From: Sulfurovum sp.
Lineage (GTDB): Bacteria; Campylobacterota; Campylobacteria; Campylobacterales; Sulfurovaceae
DNA: 64,000 nt
Direction: 5' to 3'
Assembly (NCBI GenBank): GCA_026991605.1
Contig: JALXBG010000039.1
Span: 9,099-73,098 of the forward strand
In this document: piece after piece, positions 37,990 to 48,243 of the stretch
How the letters are laid out: every line of letters begins with the position of its first letter
How positions within the stretch are numbered: position 1 is the stretch's first letter
The notes under the pieces: generated by a model
Database searches by the model: none
Told to the model about the DNA's origin: nothing
Seen by the model: only the letters and a program-made list of their open reading frames with translations
Translations under genes and position numbers: made by a program

Positions 37990-39303
37990 GTGAAAATACA
38001 TTTTATAGGGATAGGGGGTATTGGACTCTCTGCATTGGCTAAATTTCTCGTAAATGATGGGCATAAAATATCTGGTTCTGACATCAAACAGACAGAAATC
38101 ACCAATGACTTAGCGACTAATTTTGATGCTAAAATCACTATCCCCCATCATGCCGATGCAGTCGAGGGTGTAGATAGAGTCATCTACTCAGCAGCGGTGC
38201 GTCCTAATAATCCAGAGTACCAAAGAGCCAAAGAACTTGGCATAGAACTTCTTTCTCGTAAAGAGTCACTTGTATCTATACTTGGCGAAAAAGAAGTGTA
38301 TGCAGTGGGTGGTGCACATGGTAAGAGTACGACATCAGCCATGCTGGCTTCTATCATCCCAGAGACCAATGCACTCATCGGTGCTATTTCTAAAGAATTT
38401 GGCTCAAATGTACGTAACTACCCGAACAATAAAGTGGTGTTTGAAGCAGATGAGAGTGATGAGAGTTTTCTAAACTCCAATCCATACTTAGCCATCGTTA
38501 CCAACGTAGAGCCTGAGCATATGGAGTACTACGAATATGATGAAGAGCGTTTTTACAATGCTTACAGAAACTTTTTGAAACTTGCAAAAGTACGTGTTAT
38601 TAATGCTGAAGATGACTTTCTTTCTTCACTTGACATGGAGAGTATTAAACTTTATCCGAGTAAAGATATCAAAAATATAGAATTTGTATTGGTCAATGGT
38701 GAGCCCCATACACGATTTGAGCTTTTAGATTTGGGTACCTTTGAAGTCTTCGGTTTTGGTAATCATATAGCACTTGATGCTGCTCTTGCCATACTTGCTG
38801 CATTAGAGTTGGGTGAAGTGTTAGAAGCAATACGTACAAATCTTCTCAACTACAAAGGCATCAAAAAACGTTTTGACATTGTACAAAACAAAGAAAACTG
38901 TGTGGTCATAGATGACTATGGTCACCACCCTACAGAGATAAAGGTCACTATGGAGTCTCTGCAAGCCTATAAAACATTGCGTGAGTTCAATACACTCAAT
39001 GTTATTTGGCAACCACATAAATACTCAAGAACGATGGACAACCTACAAGCATTTGTTGAGTGTTTTGATGGGGTAGATGAATTAGTCATCCTCCCTATTT
39101 GGTCGGCAGGTGAGTTGGAAGTAGATATAGATCTAAAAGGTGCATTTTCCCGCTATAAACTACTTATGGCCGATGCTGTTACCAAAGAAGATAGTATTGT
39201 GAAAGTGATGCGTGATGGTTCTGTGATACGTGAGTATTCTGAGGGACTAGTAACTGCCTTTGGTGCAGGGGATATTACTTACCAAATACGTGGTGAGGCA
39301 TAG
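37990..39303 (+). CDS. murC: UDP-N-acetylmuramate--L-alanine ligase
   Basis: HFIGIGGIGLS, HGKSTT, EADESD, DDYGHHPTEI, QPHKYSR. Confidence 0.97.
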   Translation: MKIHFIGIGGIGLSALAKFLVNDGHKISGSDIKQTEITNDLATNFDAKITIPHHADAVEGVDRVIYSAAVRPNNPEYQRAKELGIELLSRKESLVSILGEKEVYAVGGAHGKSTTSAMLASIIPETNALIGAISKEFGSNVRNYPNNKVVFEADESDESFLNSNPYLAIVTNVEPEHMEYYEYDEERFYNAYRNFLKLAKVRVINAEDDFLSSLDMESIKLYPSKDIKNIEFVLVNGEPHTRFELLDLGTFEVFGFGNHIALDAALAILAALELGEVLEAIRTNLLNYKGIKKRFDIVQNKENCVVIDDYGHHPTEIKVTMESLQAYKTLREFNTLNVIWQPHKYSRTMDNLQAFVECFDGVDELVILPIWSAGELEVDIDLKGAFSRYKLLMADAVTKEDSIVKVMRDGSVIREYSEGLVTAFGAGDITYQIRGEA

Positions 39304-39305
39304 TT

Positions 39306-39917
39306 TTACTTGATGAAGCCTTCTTCCTTTAACTTCTTGTAAATTTTCTCAGCCATGATTTTATACCCCAAAGCATTGGGATGTATCTGATCACTTTTAA
39401 GTGCTGGCTGTTCAAGTATTTCTGCAAGCATCCCTGAAAGTAGTGCTACATTCTCTTCCTCTGTTACCTCTTCATAAAGTTGCATATCTGAAAGCCCAAA
39501 GATGTTTAAATAAGGTACAGAGATAAGAAGTACTTTGATATTTTTTTCTTTTGCTAGTTGTATCATGGTTTTGAGATTGTTTTTTAATTTCTCTTTTGAT
39601 AGTCCCTGAATGATGTCATTGCCACCAAAACAGAGTATCATCAGTTTTATGTTACTGTCTTCTAGTAGAGGTGCTAAACGTTTTACCCCATCTACTGAAG
39701 TATTTCCAAGTACGCCTTCATTGATAATTTTATAACCTGTAAGCTGCTTCAATAGAGCAGGATAACTCTCTGTAGGTTTAGTATTGTAACCGTAAGTGAG
39801 TGAGTCTCCAAAGGCTAAGATTGTGTCTTTTGGGCTTAGGGATTGAATATTGCTTTCCTTTTGTGAAAGTGAAAAGAGTATGAGTATAATTACTAGGATA
39901 GTGAGTATATATTTCAT
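39306..39917 (-). CDS. GDSL/SGNH arylesterase (TesA-like)
   Basis: FGDSLT, GGND, DQIHPN. Confidence 0.92.
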   Translation of the reverse strand: MKYILTILVIILILFSLSQKESNIQSLSPKDTILAFGDSLTYGYNTKPTESYPALLKQLTGYKIINEGVLGNTSVDGVKRLAPLLEDSNIKLMILCFGGNDIIQGLSKEKLKNNLKTMIQLAKEKNIKVLLISVPYLNIFGLSDMQLYEEVTEEENVALLSGMLAEILEQPALKSDQIHPNALGYKIMAEKIYKKLKEEGFIK

Positions 39918-39979
39918 AGACTTCCTTATGTTGAAAGTATTATAGTATAATTCGTATAATCATATTAAAGAGGAAATTT

Positions 39980-42211
39980 TTGGTGTCAATACAACAAACA
40001 AATGAAAAATCTATTATCCAAAAACTTGACCTTGATGGCTATATTAAGCAGTTTCAGACTTTTTTAGCCAGGCAAAAACCTGTGGCTATGATGGGTGACA
40101 TCAATCAGCACTATCGTTACATTAAAGCACTTAGTAAAGTACAGTTTCCTGTACCATCTCCTGTTCCTAATCTAGATAAGGAACTTGCACGTATTAAAAA
40201 GCAAGCTATATTGAGCCTAGATGAGATTTATGCTTTTGTCACCATGTTTTCTTACTTTAACAAGCTTTCTTCTGTGGGGTTTACTGAGCCACTTATCTCA
40301 TGGATACAGGGTATAGATATACCAGAAGAGATTGTGAAGATTATAGGGTATTTTACGGAAGAAGGAGATATTAACCCTGCGCGTGACCCTGAACTTCACA
40401 AACTTGAACGTGCCCTCAAACAAAATAGACGTGACATTAAAGACACCCTCTATAAACTGGCACACTCCTCTAGGCTTAGAGACTATCTGGTAGACACACA
40501 AGTGCACTTTAATGGTGGGGAAGAGACTTTGCTTGTACGTGGTGGATTTAATAACGCCATAAAAGCTACAGTCGTGGCACGAAGTCCTGGAGGATTCTTT
40601 TATATCTTGCCTCAGAGTATCTCTCACTTAAAAGAGAAAGAGTCGGCTTTGGTTTCGAGTAAAGAAGAGATTATTTACCGTTACTGTAAAGAGATATCGG
40701 CAGTGTTTTTTAAGTGGGAGCGATTTTTAGCTTTTATCAATAAAGAGTATGAGCGATTTGATCACTATCAGGCTAGGGTGAGTTTTGCGAGGGCTAAAGA
40801 GTATGAGTTTGTTTTACCTTCGAAGTCCAAACGCATAAAACTTTCAGATTTTGCACACCCTGCCATAGAAAAACCAGTGCCAGTGAGTATGGACTTTAAC
40901 AAGCAGATTATGCTTGTGACCGGTGTAAATGCCGGGGGTAAAACAATGTTACTCAAGTCTATGCTCAGTGCTGTGTATATGTCTAAGTATCTTTTGCCTT
41001 TTAAGTGTGATGTGACAAAGACAGAAGTGGGACACTACAAGAGCATAGAAGCTGTTATAGACGACCCTCAGTCCGTAAAAAATGACATCTCTACCTTTGC
41101 AGGACGTATGCAGGAGTTTGCTAAACTCTTTCACAAAGAAGATGCCATTGTAGGTGTAGATGAGATAGAACTGGGTACAGACTCCGATGAAGCAGCAAGT
41201 CTCTTTAGGGTGATGCTCGATGAACTTCGTAAAAAAGGCATTAGCTTCATTGTCACCACACACCATAAACGCTTGGCATCACTTATGGCAAGTGATGATG
41301 AGGTAGAGCTCATCGCTGCACTGTACGATGAAGAACGTCGTTTACCTACCTATACTTTCTTGCAAGGAAGCATTGGTAAGTCATATGCCTTTGAAACAGC
41401 AGAGCGTTATGGCGTACCTATAGGCATAGTAAAGCAGGCAAAGAGAGTGTATGGTGAAGACAAAGACAACCTCAATGAACTCATAGAAAAGTCTACCTCA
41501 CTTGAGCGTGAAATGCGTATGAAGATAGTAAAGATAGATGAAGAACTAAAGGCGGTAGAAGCGAAAAAAGTTAAGTTGGAAGAGGATGAGTTTAAACTCC
41601 AAGAGCAACACAGAAAAGCCATAGCCACACTTGAAAACCGTTATAATGCAGCAACAAAGAAGGCACGCGAAGCGCTTAAAGTAAAAGAGTCAACAGAGGG
41701 TAGGCGACTGCTTAACGTGGCACACCAACGTAAAGACTTCAAGCAAAAAGAGTTGGCAAATGTAGATGAAGCACCTTTAAAAGAGGGTGATAAAGTGAAG
41801 TACCGTTCTCATAAAGGTGAGCTTGTTTCCTTGCGTGGAAAAGACGCGACTATCATTGTAGATGGCTTAAAGATGCGTGTACCACTTTCTCAACTTAAAC
41901 GTCGAGGTGATACCCCACAAGTAAAACTCAAACCAAAACCACGAAAACCAAAAGTAGATGTAAATGTAGAAAAATCTGGTGCTTCGGTCTCTGTGAAATT
42001 ACTCGGTATGTATGCCGATGAAGCTATAGATACGGTAGATAAATTTCTTTCTGATGCCTTGGTAAATAATCTTTCTGAAGTGCAAATTATTCATGGTACA
42101 GGTGGAGGGGTCTTGTCTAAGCTAGTGAGTGAATATTTGAAAAAACATCCTAAGATTGCTAAGTTTTATAGAATGCCTGGAAATTTGGGTATTACCGTTG
42201 TTGAGTTGTAG
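39980..42211 (+). CDS. mutS2: Endonuclease MutS2
   Basis: TGVNAGGKT, DEIELGTD, TTHH, C-terminal Smr domain (IIHGTGGG). Confidence 0.94.
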   Translation: MVSIQQTNEKSIIQKLDLDGYIKQFQTFLARQKPVAMMGDINQHYRYIKALSKVQFPVPSPVPNLDKELARIKKQAILSLDEIYAFVTMFSYFNKLSSVGFTEPLISWIQGIDIPEEIVKIIGYFTEEGDINPARDPELHKLERALKQNRRDIKDTLYKLAHSSRLRDYLVDTQVHFNGGEETLLVRGGFNNAIKATVVARSPGGFFYILPQSISHLKEKESALVSSKEEIIYRYCKEISAVFFKWERFLAFINKEYERFDHYQARVSFARAKEYEFVLPSKSKRIKLSDFAHPAIEKPVPVSMDFNKQIMLVTGVNAGGKTMLLKSMLSAVYMSKYLLPFKCDVTKTEVGHYKSIEAVIDDPQSVKNDISTFAGRMQEFAKLFHKEDAIVGVDEIELGTDSDEAASLFRVMLDELRKKGISFIVTTHHKRLASLMASDDEVELIAALYDEERRLPTYTFLQGSIGKSYAFETAERYGVPIGIVKQAKRVYGEDKDNLNELIEKSTSLEREMRMKIVKIDEELKAVEAKKVKLEEDEFKLQEQHRKAIATLENRYNAATKKAREALKVKESTEGRRLLNVAHQRKDFKQKELANVDEAPLKEGDKVKYRSHKGELVSLRGKDATIIVDGLKMRVPLSQLKRRGDTPQVKLKPKPRKPKVDVNVEKSGASVSVKLLGMYADEAIDTVDKFLSDALVNNLSEVQIIHGTGGGVLSKLVSEYLKKHPKIAKFYRMPGNLGITVVEL

Positions 42212-42268
42212 CTAATTTTTAACTCCAAAGGGTATAATATATCCAATAAACTGTTTTAGGAGAATGCT

Positions 42269-42835
42269 GTGGATATTGCAGATGTGAAACGAGAATTAAG
42301 TAGTGACGAGAAAGTACTGGAAAGTGCATTTAAATTAGAGACACTGTATAAAAAACATAAATTAAAACTATGGGTGATAGTAGCTGCATTGGTTTTATAT
42401 TTTGGTGGTCGTGCTGTGCAAGAATCTGTACATGCATCACAACTAGCTAAAGCAAATGAAGCATTTTTGGTTTTACAGGAAAAACCTACAGATAAAGCAG
42501 CATTTAAAACACTTGAAGAAAATAATCCTGCACTTTTAGAACTTTTTTTCTATGCACAGGCTGCTAAAAATCATGATGCAAAAACATTAGCAAGATTGGC
42601 TACGAGTAAAAATAGTGTACTTTCAGATGCAAGTAAATATACTGCAGGCGTACTAACTAAAAAACCTGTAGATTCTGCACTCTACAAAGAGATGGCATTG
42701 TTTGAAGAAGCATACTTGGCAATAGGTGCAGGAGATACAAAAACAGCAAAAGCAAAACTTGAACTCATCGATGAGCGTTCTCCATTGGCAGTAATAACAG
42801 GATTTTTAAAACACTCACTTATTAAGGCAAACTAG
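42269..42835 (+). CDS. Single-TM helical (TPR/YfgM-like) protein
   Basis: N-terminal TM followed by helical repeats; precedes a lipoprotein. Confidence 0.6.
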   Translation: MDIADVKRELSSDEKVLESAFKLETLYKKHKLKLWVIVAALVLYFGGRAVQESVHASQLAKANEAFLVLQEKPTDKAAFKTLEENNPALLELFFYAQAAKNHDAKTLARLATSKNSVLSDASKYTAGVLTKKPVDSALYKEMALFEEAYLAIGAGDTKTAKAKLELIDERSPLAVITGFLKHSLIKAN

Positions 42836-43849
42836 ATGAAGCAGTTATTACTTATAGCATTTACAACGTTAGCACTTCTGTTCTCAGGATGTAGTTCAAA
42901 GAAATATTTTGAACCAGAAACAACTTTTTCTGCTTCATCTGCTTCAAAATCATTTGGTGGAGAACTTATAGATCTTTCACGTGATGGTGGAACGCTAAAT
43001 AATGGTCATTACCTTGGTAAATCAGGTATCAATGCGATTGATTTGGGAGAGGGATATAGATTTTTAAATGAAAGCAAGCGTTATGTTCTTGCCGCCAATG
43101 CAGAAGGTATTTTAAAAATTATCAATAAAAAAACAGGCGAAACGCAGCGAGCAGTTTCTCTACATATTCCTGTCGTTGCTGCATCTATTAAAAATGGTAT
43201 CATCGCATACATTTTGAACAACAATACATTTGGTATTTATGAGATGGGTGCAAACAGAAAGATTGTTGAGAGTCGCTCTGAGAGAACCTTCGCCATCGAT
43301 ACCAGAGCAGCAAGTCCAATGTTTATCGAAAACCTTGTTGTTATGCCAATGCTTGATGGTAAATTGATTATTGTCAATATCAATGATACTGAAAATGCAA
43401 AGGTGGTTTATATCTCAAGTGAGCCAGCATTTAATAATGTGATTTATCTCTCTCGTATGGGTAACACCATGGTTGCAGCAACACCAAAAAGATTGATTAC
43501 ACTTGGAAATGCTGGAAAGTTAGAATATAAAGCCAACATTTCTGAAGTAGCCATAGATGGTAGAAAGATTTATCTCTTTACAAAAGAAGGTAAGATTTTA
43601 GCTTTAAATAATCAGTTAGAAGTAGTTGCTACCTCTAAATTTAAATTCGCACACTATGCAGTAGCTACAGCATTTAATGGAAAAGTATACGCACTTGATC
43701 AACAAGGCTCACTCATCGTACTTAACAGTACGTTGACGAAGTCTAAAGTATATGATGTTGGCGTAGTGGATGAGCCAGCATTTATTAGCGGTACTAAGCT
43801 TTATAAAGATGGTAAAGTGATTGAGCTTTCCAAATTAGGTTATGAATAA
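42836..43849 (+). CDS. Lipoprotein, probable beta-propeller (PgbB/PQQ-like)
   Basis: Lipobox FSGC; KYFEP; P.LDGKL and repeated beta-blade patterns. Confidence 0.65.
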   Translation: MKQLLLIAFTTLALLFSGCSSKKYFEPETTFSASSASKSFGGELIDLSRDGGTLNNGHYLGKSGINAIDLGEGYRFLNESKRYVLAANAEGILKIINKKTGETQRAVSLHIPVVAASIKNGIIAYILNNNTFGIYEMGANRKIVESRSERTFAIDTRAASPMFIENLVVMPMLDGKLIIVNINDTENAKVVYISSEPAFNNVIYLSRMGNTMVAATPKRLITLGNAGKLEYKANISEVAIDGRKIYLFTKEGKILALNNQLEVVATSKFKFAHYAVATAFNGKVYALDQQGSLIVLNSTLTKSKVYDVGVVDEPAFISGTKLYKDGKVIELSKLGYE

Positions 43850-44675
43850 TAAAAGTAACCTACTTACTGCTTTTGAAGAGTATCTGAGTGTCACTAAGGC
43901 ACTCGATACGCTTACTATATCTTCTTATCTTTCTGACCTTACCCAGCTAGAAGAAAAAACCCAAAAAACACTTACTAAACTAGACACAACAGATGTTTTA
44001 GGGTTTTTAGCTGGTTTTGAAAATAAACGTACCCTCAACCGAAAACTCTCTTCGATTAATGCTTTTTTCGCCTTCTGTCACAAGCAGGACTTTAGACATG
44101 AGAAGATAAAAATCCCTATGGCAAAAGTCCCTAAAAACCTTCCCAAATATGTGAGCAATGAAGAGATACTTGATGGGCTCAATCTGATAGACAGAAGTAA
44201 CCTTATGGGGTTACGTGATTATGCATTGATACTTTTTTTATATGCTAGTGGTTGTCGTATATCAGAGGCACTCTCAGTACAGCGTGCTGACATCGTAGAG
44301 GGGTGGCTCAAGATTCGTTTTGCCAAAGGTGAGAAAGAACGCGTGGTACCACTTGCACCTGTAGCAACGCAGGCACTGGATCGTTATCTCTCGGAGCAGT
44401 CTATGTCAAGCCCTTATCTTTGGCTCAACTATAGAGGTGAGCAACTGAGTCGTATCTCGGCATATAAAATAGTGAAGAAATATTTGGGAGTCTCACCCCA
44501 TGTCTTACGCCACTCCTTTGCCTCTTCTCTCATCATAGGTGGGGCAGATTTGCGTGTCGTACAGGAGTTGTTAGGACATGCCTCACTTGAGACTACACAA
44601 ATTTATACACATATACAGAAACAAAACTTGGCAGATACTATGAACAGTTATCATCCACTAAAAGGAGTCTCATGA
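43842..44675 (+). CDS. XerD-like tyrosine recombinase
   Basis: SY..DL, RD.A...LYASG.RISE, KG.KER.VP, SPH.LRHSFA, DLR.VQELLGH....TQIYTH. Confidence 0.88.
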   Translation: MNNKSNLLTAFEEYLSVTKALDTLTISSYLSDLTQLEEKTQKTLTKLDTTDVLGFLAGFENKRTLNRKLSSINAFFAFCHKQDFRHEKIKIPMAKVPKNLPKYVSNEEILDGLNLIDRSNLMGLRDYALILFLYASGCRISEALSVQRADIVEGWLKIRFAKGEKERVVPLAPVATQALDRYLSEQSMSSPYLWLNYRGEQLSRISAYKIVKKYLGVSPHVLRHSFASSLIIGGADLRVVQELLGHASLETTQIYTHIQKQNLADTMNSYHPLKGVS

Positions 44676-45004
44676 AAGAGATAGTTGAAAAAATGAATGG
44701 TAAAAATATCATTTGTAAATCTTTGGAAGAGATTGCACCTAAGACTTTGGGTTCACGTAAAAAAGTATCACTCTATGTTGGGGTGGATTTAAAAAGTTAT
44801 TACTGCATGATGATTAAGCTTAGTAAAAAAAGTCGTGTTTTACGTAAAGAAGTGGAAGAACTTATGCAACTACATGAAAAAATGGAAGCTTATAAAAAAA
44901 CAAAAATTACAAAGAAATATATCTGGATAAAAGCGCCTTTATGTTCCAAAGCAAAAGCGCTACTTGAAGAGAATGCTTGGAAGGTTTGGCATGTTGCTAG
45001 CTGA
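44672..45004 (+). CDS. Conserved hypothetical protein
   Basis: LGSRKK, KKSR.L.K, APLCSKA; coupled within the operon. Confidence 0.75.
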   Translation: MKEIVEKMNGKNIICKSLEEIAPKTLGSRKKVSLYVGVDLKSYYCMMIKLSKKSRVLRKEVEELMQLHEKMEAYKKTKITKKYIWIKAPLCSKAKALLEENAWKVWHVAS

Positions 45005-45614
45005 TATTGGTAATACACATTTTCACATTTATAATGGTAAAGAGGTGGAGCATCTTAGCTATGACAATGCTATAGAAAAATATGCCAATAAAGAGATGTG
45101 TTATATCTCTGTGAAACATACACTTGGAGAGAAGATAGAACATATCAAAAGTTGGAAGAATATCTCTTCTTCTATGGGTATAGAAGGGGAGTATGAGACA
45201 ATGGGTGTAGATAGAAAAGCCTTATGTCTTAGTCATAAAAATGGCATCTTTGTAGATGCAGGCTCAGCGATTAATGTAGATGTAGTAGAAGCAGGAAAGT
45301 ATATGGGTGGGTTTATCTTGCCTGGGTTAAAGGCATATCTGCAGAGTTATAAATCTATCTCTCCAGTGTTGGATATCTCACTTGACATTGCACTCAAGCT
45401 TGAAGAACTGCCTACTACAACAAAAGAGCAGATAAGCTATGGTATAATCGCGTCTATAAAAGCACTCATAGAGAAACATAGTAAGGGAAAAACACTCTAC
45501 TTTACAGGTGGAGATGGAAAGTTTTTATCAAGCTATTTTGATAATGCACTCTATGATGAAACACTGGTTTTTCAAGGTATACAAAAAGCCATTAAGGATA
45601 AGAAAATATGTTAA
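44991..45614 (+). CDS. coaX: Type III pantothenate kinase
   Basis: LLADIGNT, G.DR, VDAGSA, GG.ILPG, TGGDG. Confidence 0.93.
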   Translation: MLLADIGNTHFHIYNGKEVEHLSYDNAIEKYANKEMCYISVKHTLGEKIEHIKSWKNISSSMGIEGEYETMGVDRKALCLSHKNGIFVDAGSAINVDVVEAGKYMGGFILPGLKAYLQSYKSISPVLDISLDIALKLEELPTTTKEQISYGIIASIKALIEKHSKGKTLYFTGGDGKFLSSYFDNALYDETLVFQGIQKAIKDKKIC

Positions 45615-46228
45615 CAGTAGCCCTTCCAAAAGGAAGAATCGCAGAACAGACCCTAGAGATATTTGCAGAGATATTTGGTGGAGAATTTAGGTTTGAAGGT
45701 AGAGAACTCATACTTGATATGGGTGAGTTTCGTTTTTTAAATGTACGTAACCAGGATGTACCAACGTATGTAGAACATGGTGCAGCGGATATTGGTGTGG
45801 TTGGACTAGATGTCATTACTGAAAAAGAGTTAGACATCATTCAACTGCTTGATATGCAATTGGGCAAGTGTAAAGTTGCCATTGGTATCAAAAATGAAGA
45901 TGAGCTTGACTGGTCACGTCCTAATATCAAAGTAGCTACGAAAATGGTAAACATCACTAAAAACTACTTTGCTAAAAAGGCAGTAGGTGTAGAAGTGGTA
46001 AAACTTTACGGTTCTATAGAGCTTGCGCCACTTGTTGGACTTGCAGATGCCATTGTAGACATCGTAGAGACTGGTTCTACCATGAGAGAAAATGGGCTTA
46101 AAGTAGCTGAAGACATTATGGACTCTTCGGCACATCTTATCTCAAATAAAAACAGTTTTTATGCTAAAAAAGAAGAGATACTCTCTTTATATGAAAAAAT
46201 CAAAACAGTTGTAGAAAGAAATGCCTAA
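45608..46228 (+). CDS. hisG: ATP phosphoribosyltransferase, short form
   Basis: ALPKGR, DVPTYV, ATK, GSIELAP, DIVETG.T..ENGL. Confidence 0.96.
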   Translation: MLTVALPKGRIAEQTLEIFAEIFGGEFRFEGRELILDMGEFRFLNVRNQDVPTYVEHGAADIGVVGLDVITEKELDIIQLLDMQLGKCKVAIGIKNEDELDWSRPNIKVATKMVNITKNYFAKKAVGVEVVKLYGSIELAPLVGLADAIVDIVETGSTMRENGLKVAEDIMDSSAHLISNKNSFYAKKEEILSLYEKIKTVVERNA

Positions 46229-46925
46229 CAGTTCCAACTCTCTTGACCTCTACGCCAAAGTAGAGGACTTACTAGGCGTAAAAGAGGCAGCCCCTCGTCT
46301 CTATGCCCACTATCTTCTTTTTTTAAATACAATTGATTTTGATACATTGTTAGATGTTGGTTGTGGCTCTGGAGACTTTCTCATACAGATGCAACAAGCA
46401 TTAGATATACCACAAGTCAAAGGTATTGATTTAAGCCCTGTCATGGTATCTAAAACTGTTGAAATGGGTTTAGATGCCCAGTGTGTTGACCTTTGTAATT
46501 TAGAGGGTAAATATGATGTGATTACAGCAGTGTTTGATATGCTGAATTACCTTACACCTCAAGCTTTAGAAAGTTTTTTCATCTGTGTATATGAACATCT
46601 TAATGATGGTGGTATTTTTCTTTGTGACATCAATACACTCTATGGTTTTGAAAATGTAGCTGTAGGGTCGTTTATTGTTGATGATGAAGAACGTTTTTTA
46701 ACAGTCGATAGTGACTATGAAGAGGGTGAGTATATCTCTGAGTTTACACTCTTTGAAAAAGAGAATGCATGTTATAAAAAATCACAAGAGACCATACGTC
46801 AGTATTATCATACAGTAGATGATTTGGTAAAGTATTCTAAGTTAGAATTGCTTGTAAGTGATGAGGTTAATTTATATGAGTTAGAGGAATCTGATAAAAC
46901 GTTTGTGGTATTAAAAAAGGTGTAG
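46221..46925 (+). CDS. Class I SAM-dependent methyltransferase
   Basis: LLDVGCGSG, GIDLS, FD.LNY, GG.F..D. Confidence 0.9.
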   Translation: MPNSSNSLDLYAKVEDLLGVKEAAPRLYAHYLLFLNTIDFDTLLDVGCGSGDFLIQMQQALDIPQVKGIDLSPVMVSKTVEMGLDAQCVDLCNLEGKYDVITAVFDMLNYLTPQALESFFICVYEHLNDGGIFLCDINTLYGFENVAVGSFIVDDEERFLTVDSDYEEGEYISEFTLFEKENACYKKSQETIRQYYHTVDDLVKYSKLELLVSDEVNLYELEESDKTFVVLKKV

Positions 46926-47003
46926 GGGTCGATTCTATATCGACCAAAATTGTAGGGTGGTGCGATGCCCAACGGAAATACCCTTGGGGTGTGCCATCGC
47001 ACC
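46922..47003 (+). repeat. Two tandem GTAG-type REP elements between convergent genes
   Basis: GTAGG GGTCGAT..ATCGACC, then GTAG GGT GGTGCGATG..GGAAATACCCTTGGGGTG..CATCGCACC. Confidence 0.7.
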
Positions 47004-47013
47004 AATAAGATAA

Positions 47014-47277
47014 TTATCTTACATTCTCAAAAGGGTTTTCTACAACATTCTTTCTATCTACGATATACGGAATAAGTGCTGTTTGTCTAGCTCTTTTGAT
47101 AGCTACAGTTACTAGCTCTTGGTGACGTTTACAGTTACCTGTAAGTCTTCTTGGCATAATTTTAAATCTTTCACTAAGTGAAAATTTAAGACTAGCTAAG
47201 TCTTTATAGTCGATAAAATCAACTTTCTGCTCACAATATTTACAAAATCTTTTTTTGAATTTTCTTCTTTCTGCCAT
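47014..47277 (-). CDS. rpsR: 30S ribosomal protein S18
   Basis: [20 protein letters not shown]. Confidence 0.98.
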   Translation of the reverse strand: MAERRKFKKRFCKYCEQKVDFIDYKDLASLKFSLSERFKIMPRRLTGNCKRHQELVTVAIKRARQTALIPYIVDRKNVVENPFENVR

Positions 47278-47286
47278 GGTGTTCTC

Positions 47287-47790
47287 CTAAAATGGTATTT
47301 CATCTTCATTGATGTCAATTTCTGGAATGTTTGACGTTGGTTGTGGCGCTGCTGCTGGAGCAGATGGTGCAGGTTGGCTATAGCTGTTTTGTTGCTGTGC
47401 AGGTGCTTCGTAAGAAGAACCTCCTTGCTGGCTGTAACCGTTACCACCCATAGGGGCTGCTTCATCTTTGCTTCCTAGCATTTGGAGGCTTTCCACAGTC
47501 ACTGAGTGCTTGCTTCTTTTACTTCCGTCTTGTGCTGTCCACTGGTCTAACTTCAATCTTCCGTCTACTAAAACTTTGCTACCTTTACGTAAGTACTGGT
47601 TGGCAATCTCAGCAGTTCTACCAAAGAATGTAATGTCAACAAAAAGAACTTCTTCTTTCTGCTCACCGGTTTGAGATTTAAATTTACGTGATGTTGCGAT
47701 GGCAGTATTACCAATGGCAGCTCCACTTTGTGTATATCTAATCTCAATATCTCTGGTTAGGTTTCCTGCTAAAATTATCTTGTTGTACAT
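47287..47790 (-). CDS. ssb: Single-stranded DNA-binding protein
   Basis: NK.IL.GNLTRD, KGSKV.V.GRL, acidic tail DEIPF. Confidence 0.98.
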   Translation of the reverse strand: MYNKIILAGNLTRDIEIRYTQSGAAIGNTAIATSRKFKSQTGEQKEEVLFVDITFFGRTAEIANQYLRKGSKVLVDGRLKLDQWTAQDGSKRSKHSVTVESLQMLGSKDEAAPMGGNGYSQQGGSSYEAPAQQQNSYSQPAPSAPAAAPQPTSNIPEIDINEDEIPF

Positions 47791-47817
47791 AAGGTTGCTC
47801 CTGTTAAGTGCTTTTAA

Positions 47818-48243
47818 TTACGCTTCTGTTGATTCAGCTGCTGGTGCAGTTTCTTCTGCAACGGGTGCAGTCTCAGCTACGGGTGCAGTTTCAGCTACTG
47901 GTTCAGCTTTTTTGTTTGCTGCTTCTACAAGTTTGTTAAATTGTGCAAGCTCTTTTTGCTTAACATATTTAACAGTTAAAAACTTGATAACGTCTTCGTT
48001 AATTTTAAGAAGTCTTTCAAGCTCTTGGATAAGTGTACCTTCAGCTTTATAAAGAAGAACAGTGTAGTAACCTCTGTCATTTTTCTCTACTTGGTAAGCA
48101 AGTTTTCTCATACCCATATCGTTAGTAGCAAGAAGTTCACCACCGTTGTTAGCAACGATTTCTTTGATTTTTGCAATCTGTGCTGCAGTCTCTTCGTCTG
48201 TAAGTGTAGGTTTAACTACAAACAGTGTTTCGTAACATGTCAT
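47818..48243 (-). CDS. rpsF: 30S ribosomal protein S6
   Basis: YETLFV..P, G.RKLAY, G.Y; C-terminal AETAPV repeats. Confidence 0.97.
   Translation of the reverse strand: MTCYETLFVVKPTLTDEETAAQIAKIKEIVANNGGELLATNDMGMRKLAYQVEKNDRGYYTVLLYKAEGTLIQELERLLKINEDVIKFLTVKYVKQKELAQFNKLVEAANKKAEPVAETAPVAETAPVAEETAPAAESTEA

Noticed and set aside
43842-44675. Prophage/ICE integrase
   Set aside because: Overlaps housekeeping genes on both sides; no mobile cargo nearby.
47833-47900. 18-bp tandem repeats in rpsF
   Set aside because: Encode an ordinary low-complexity acidic S6 tail (AETAPV).
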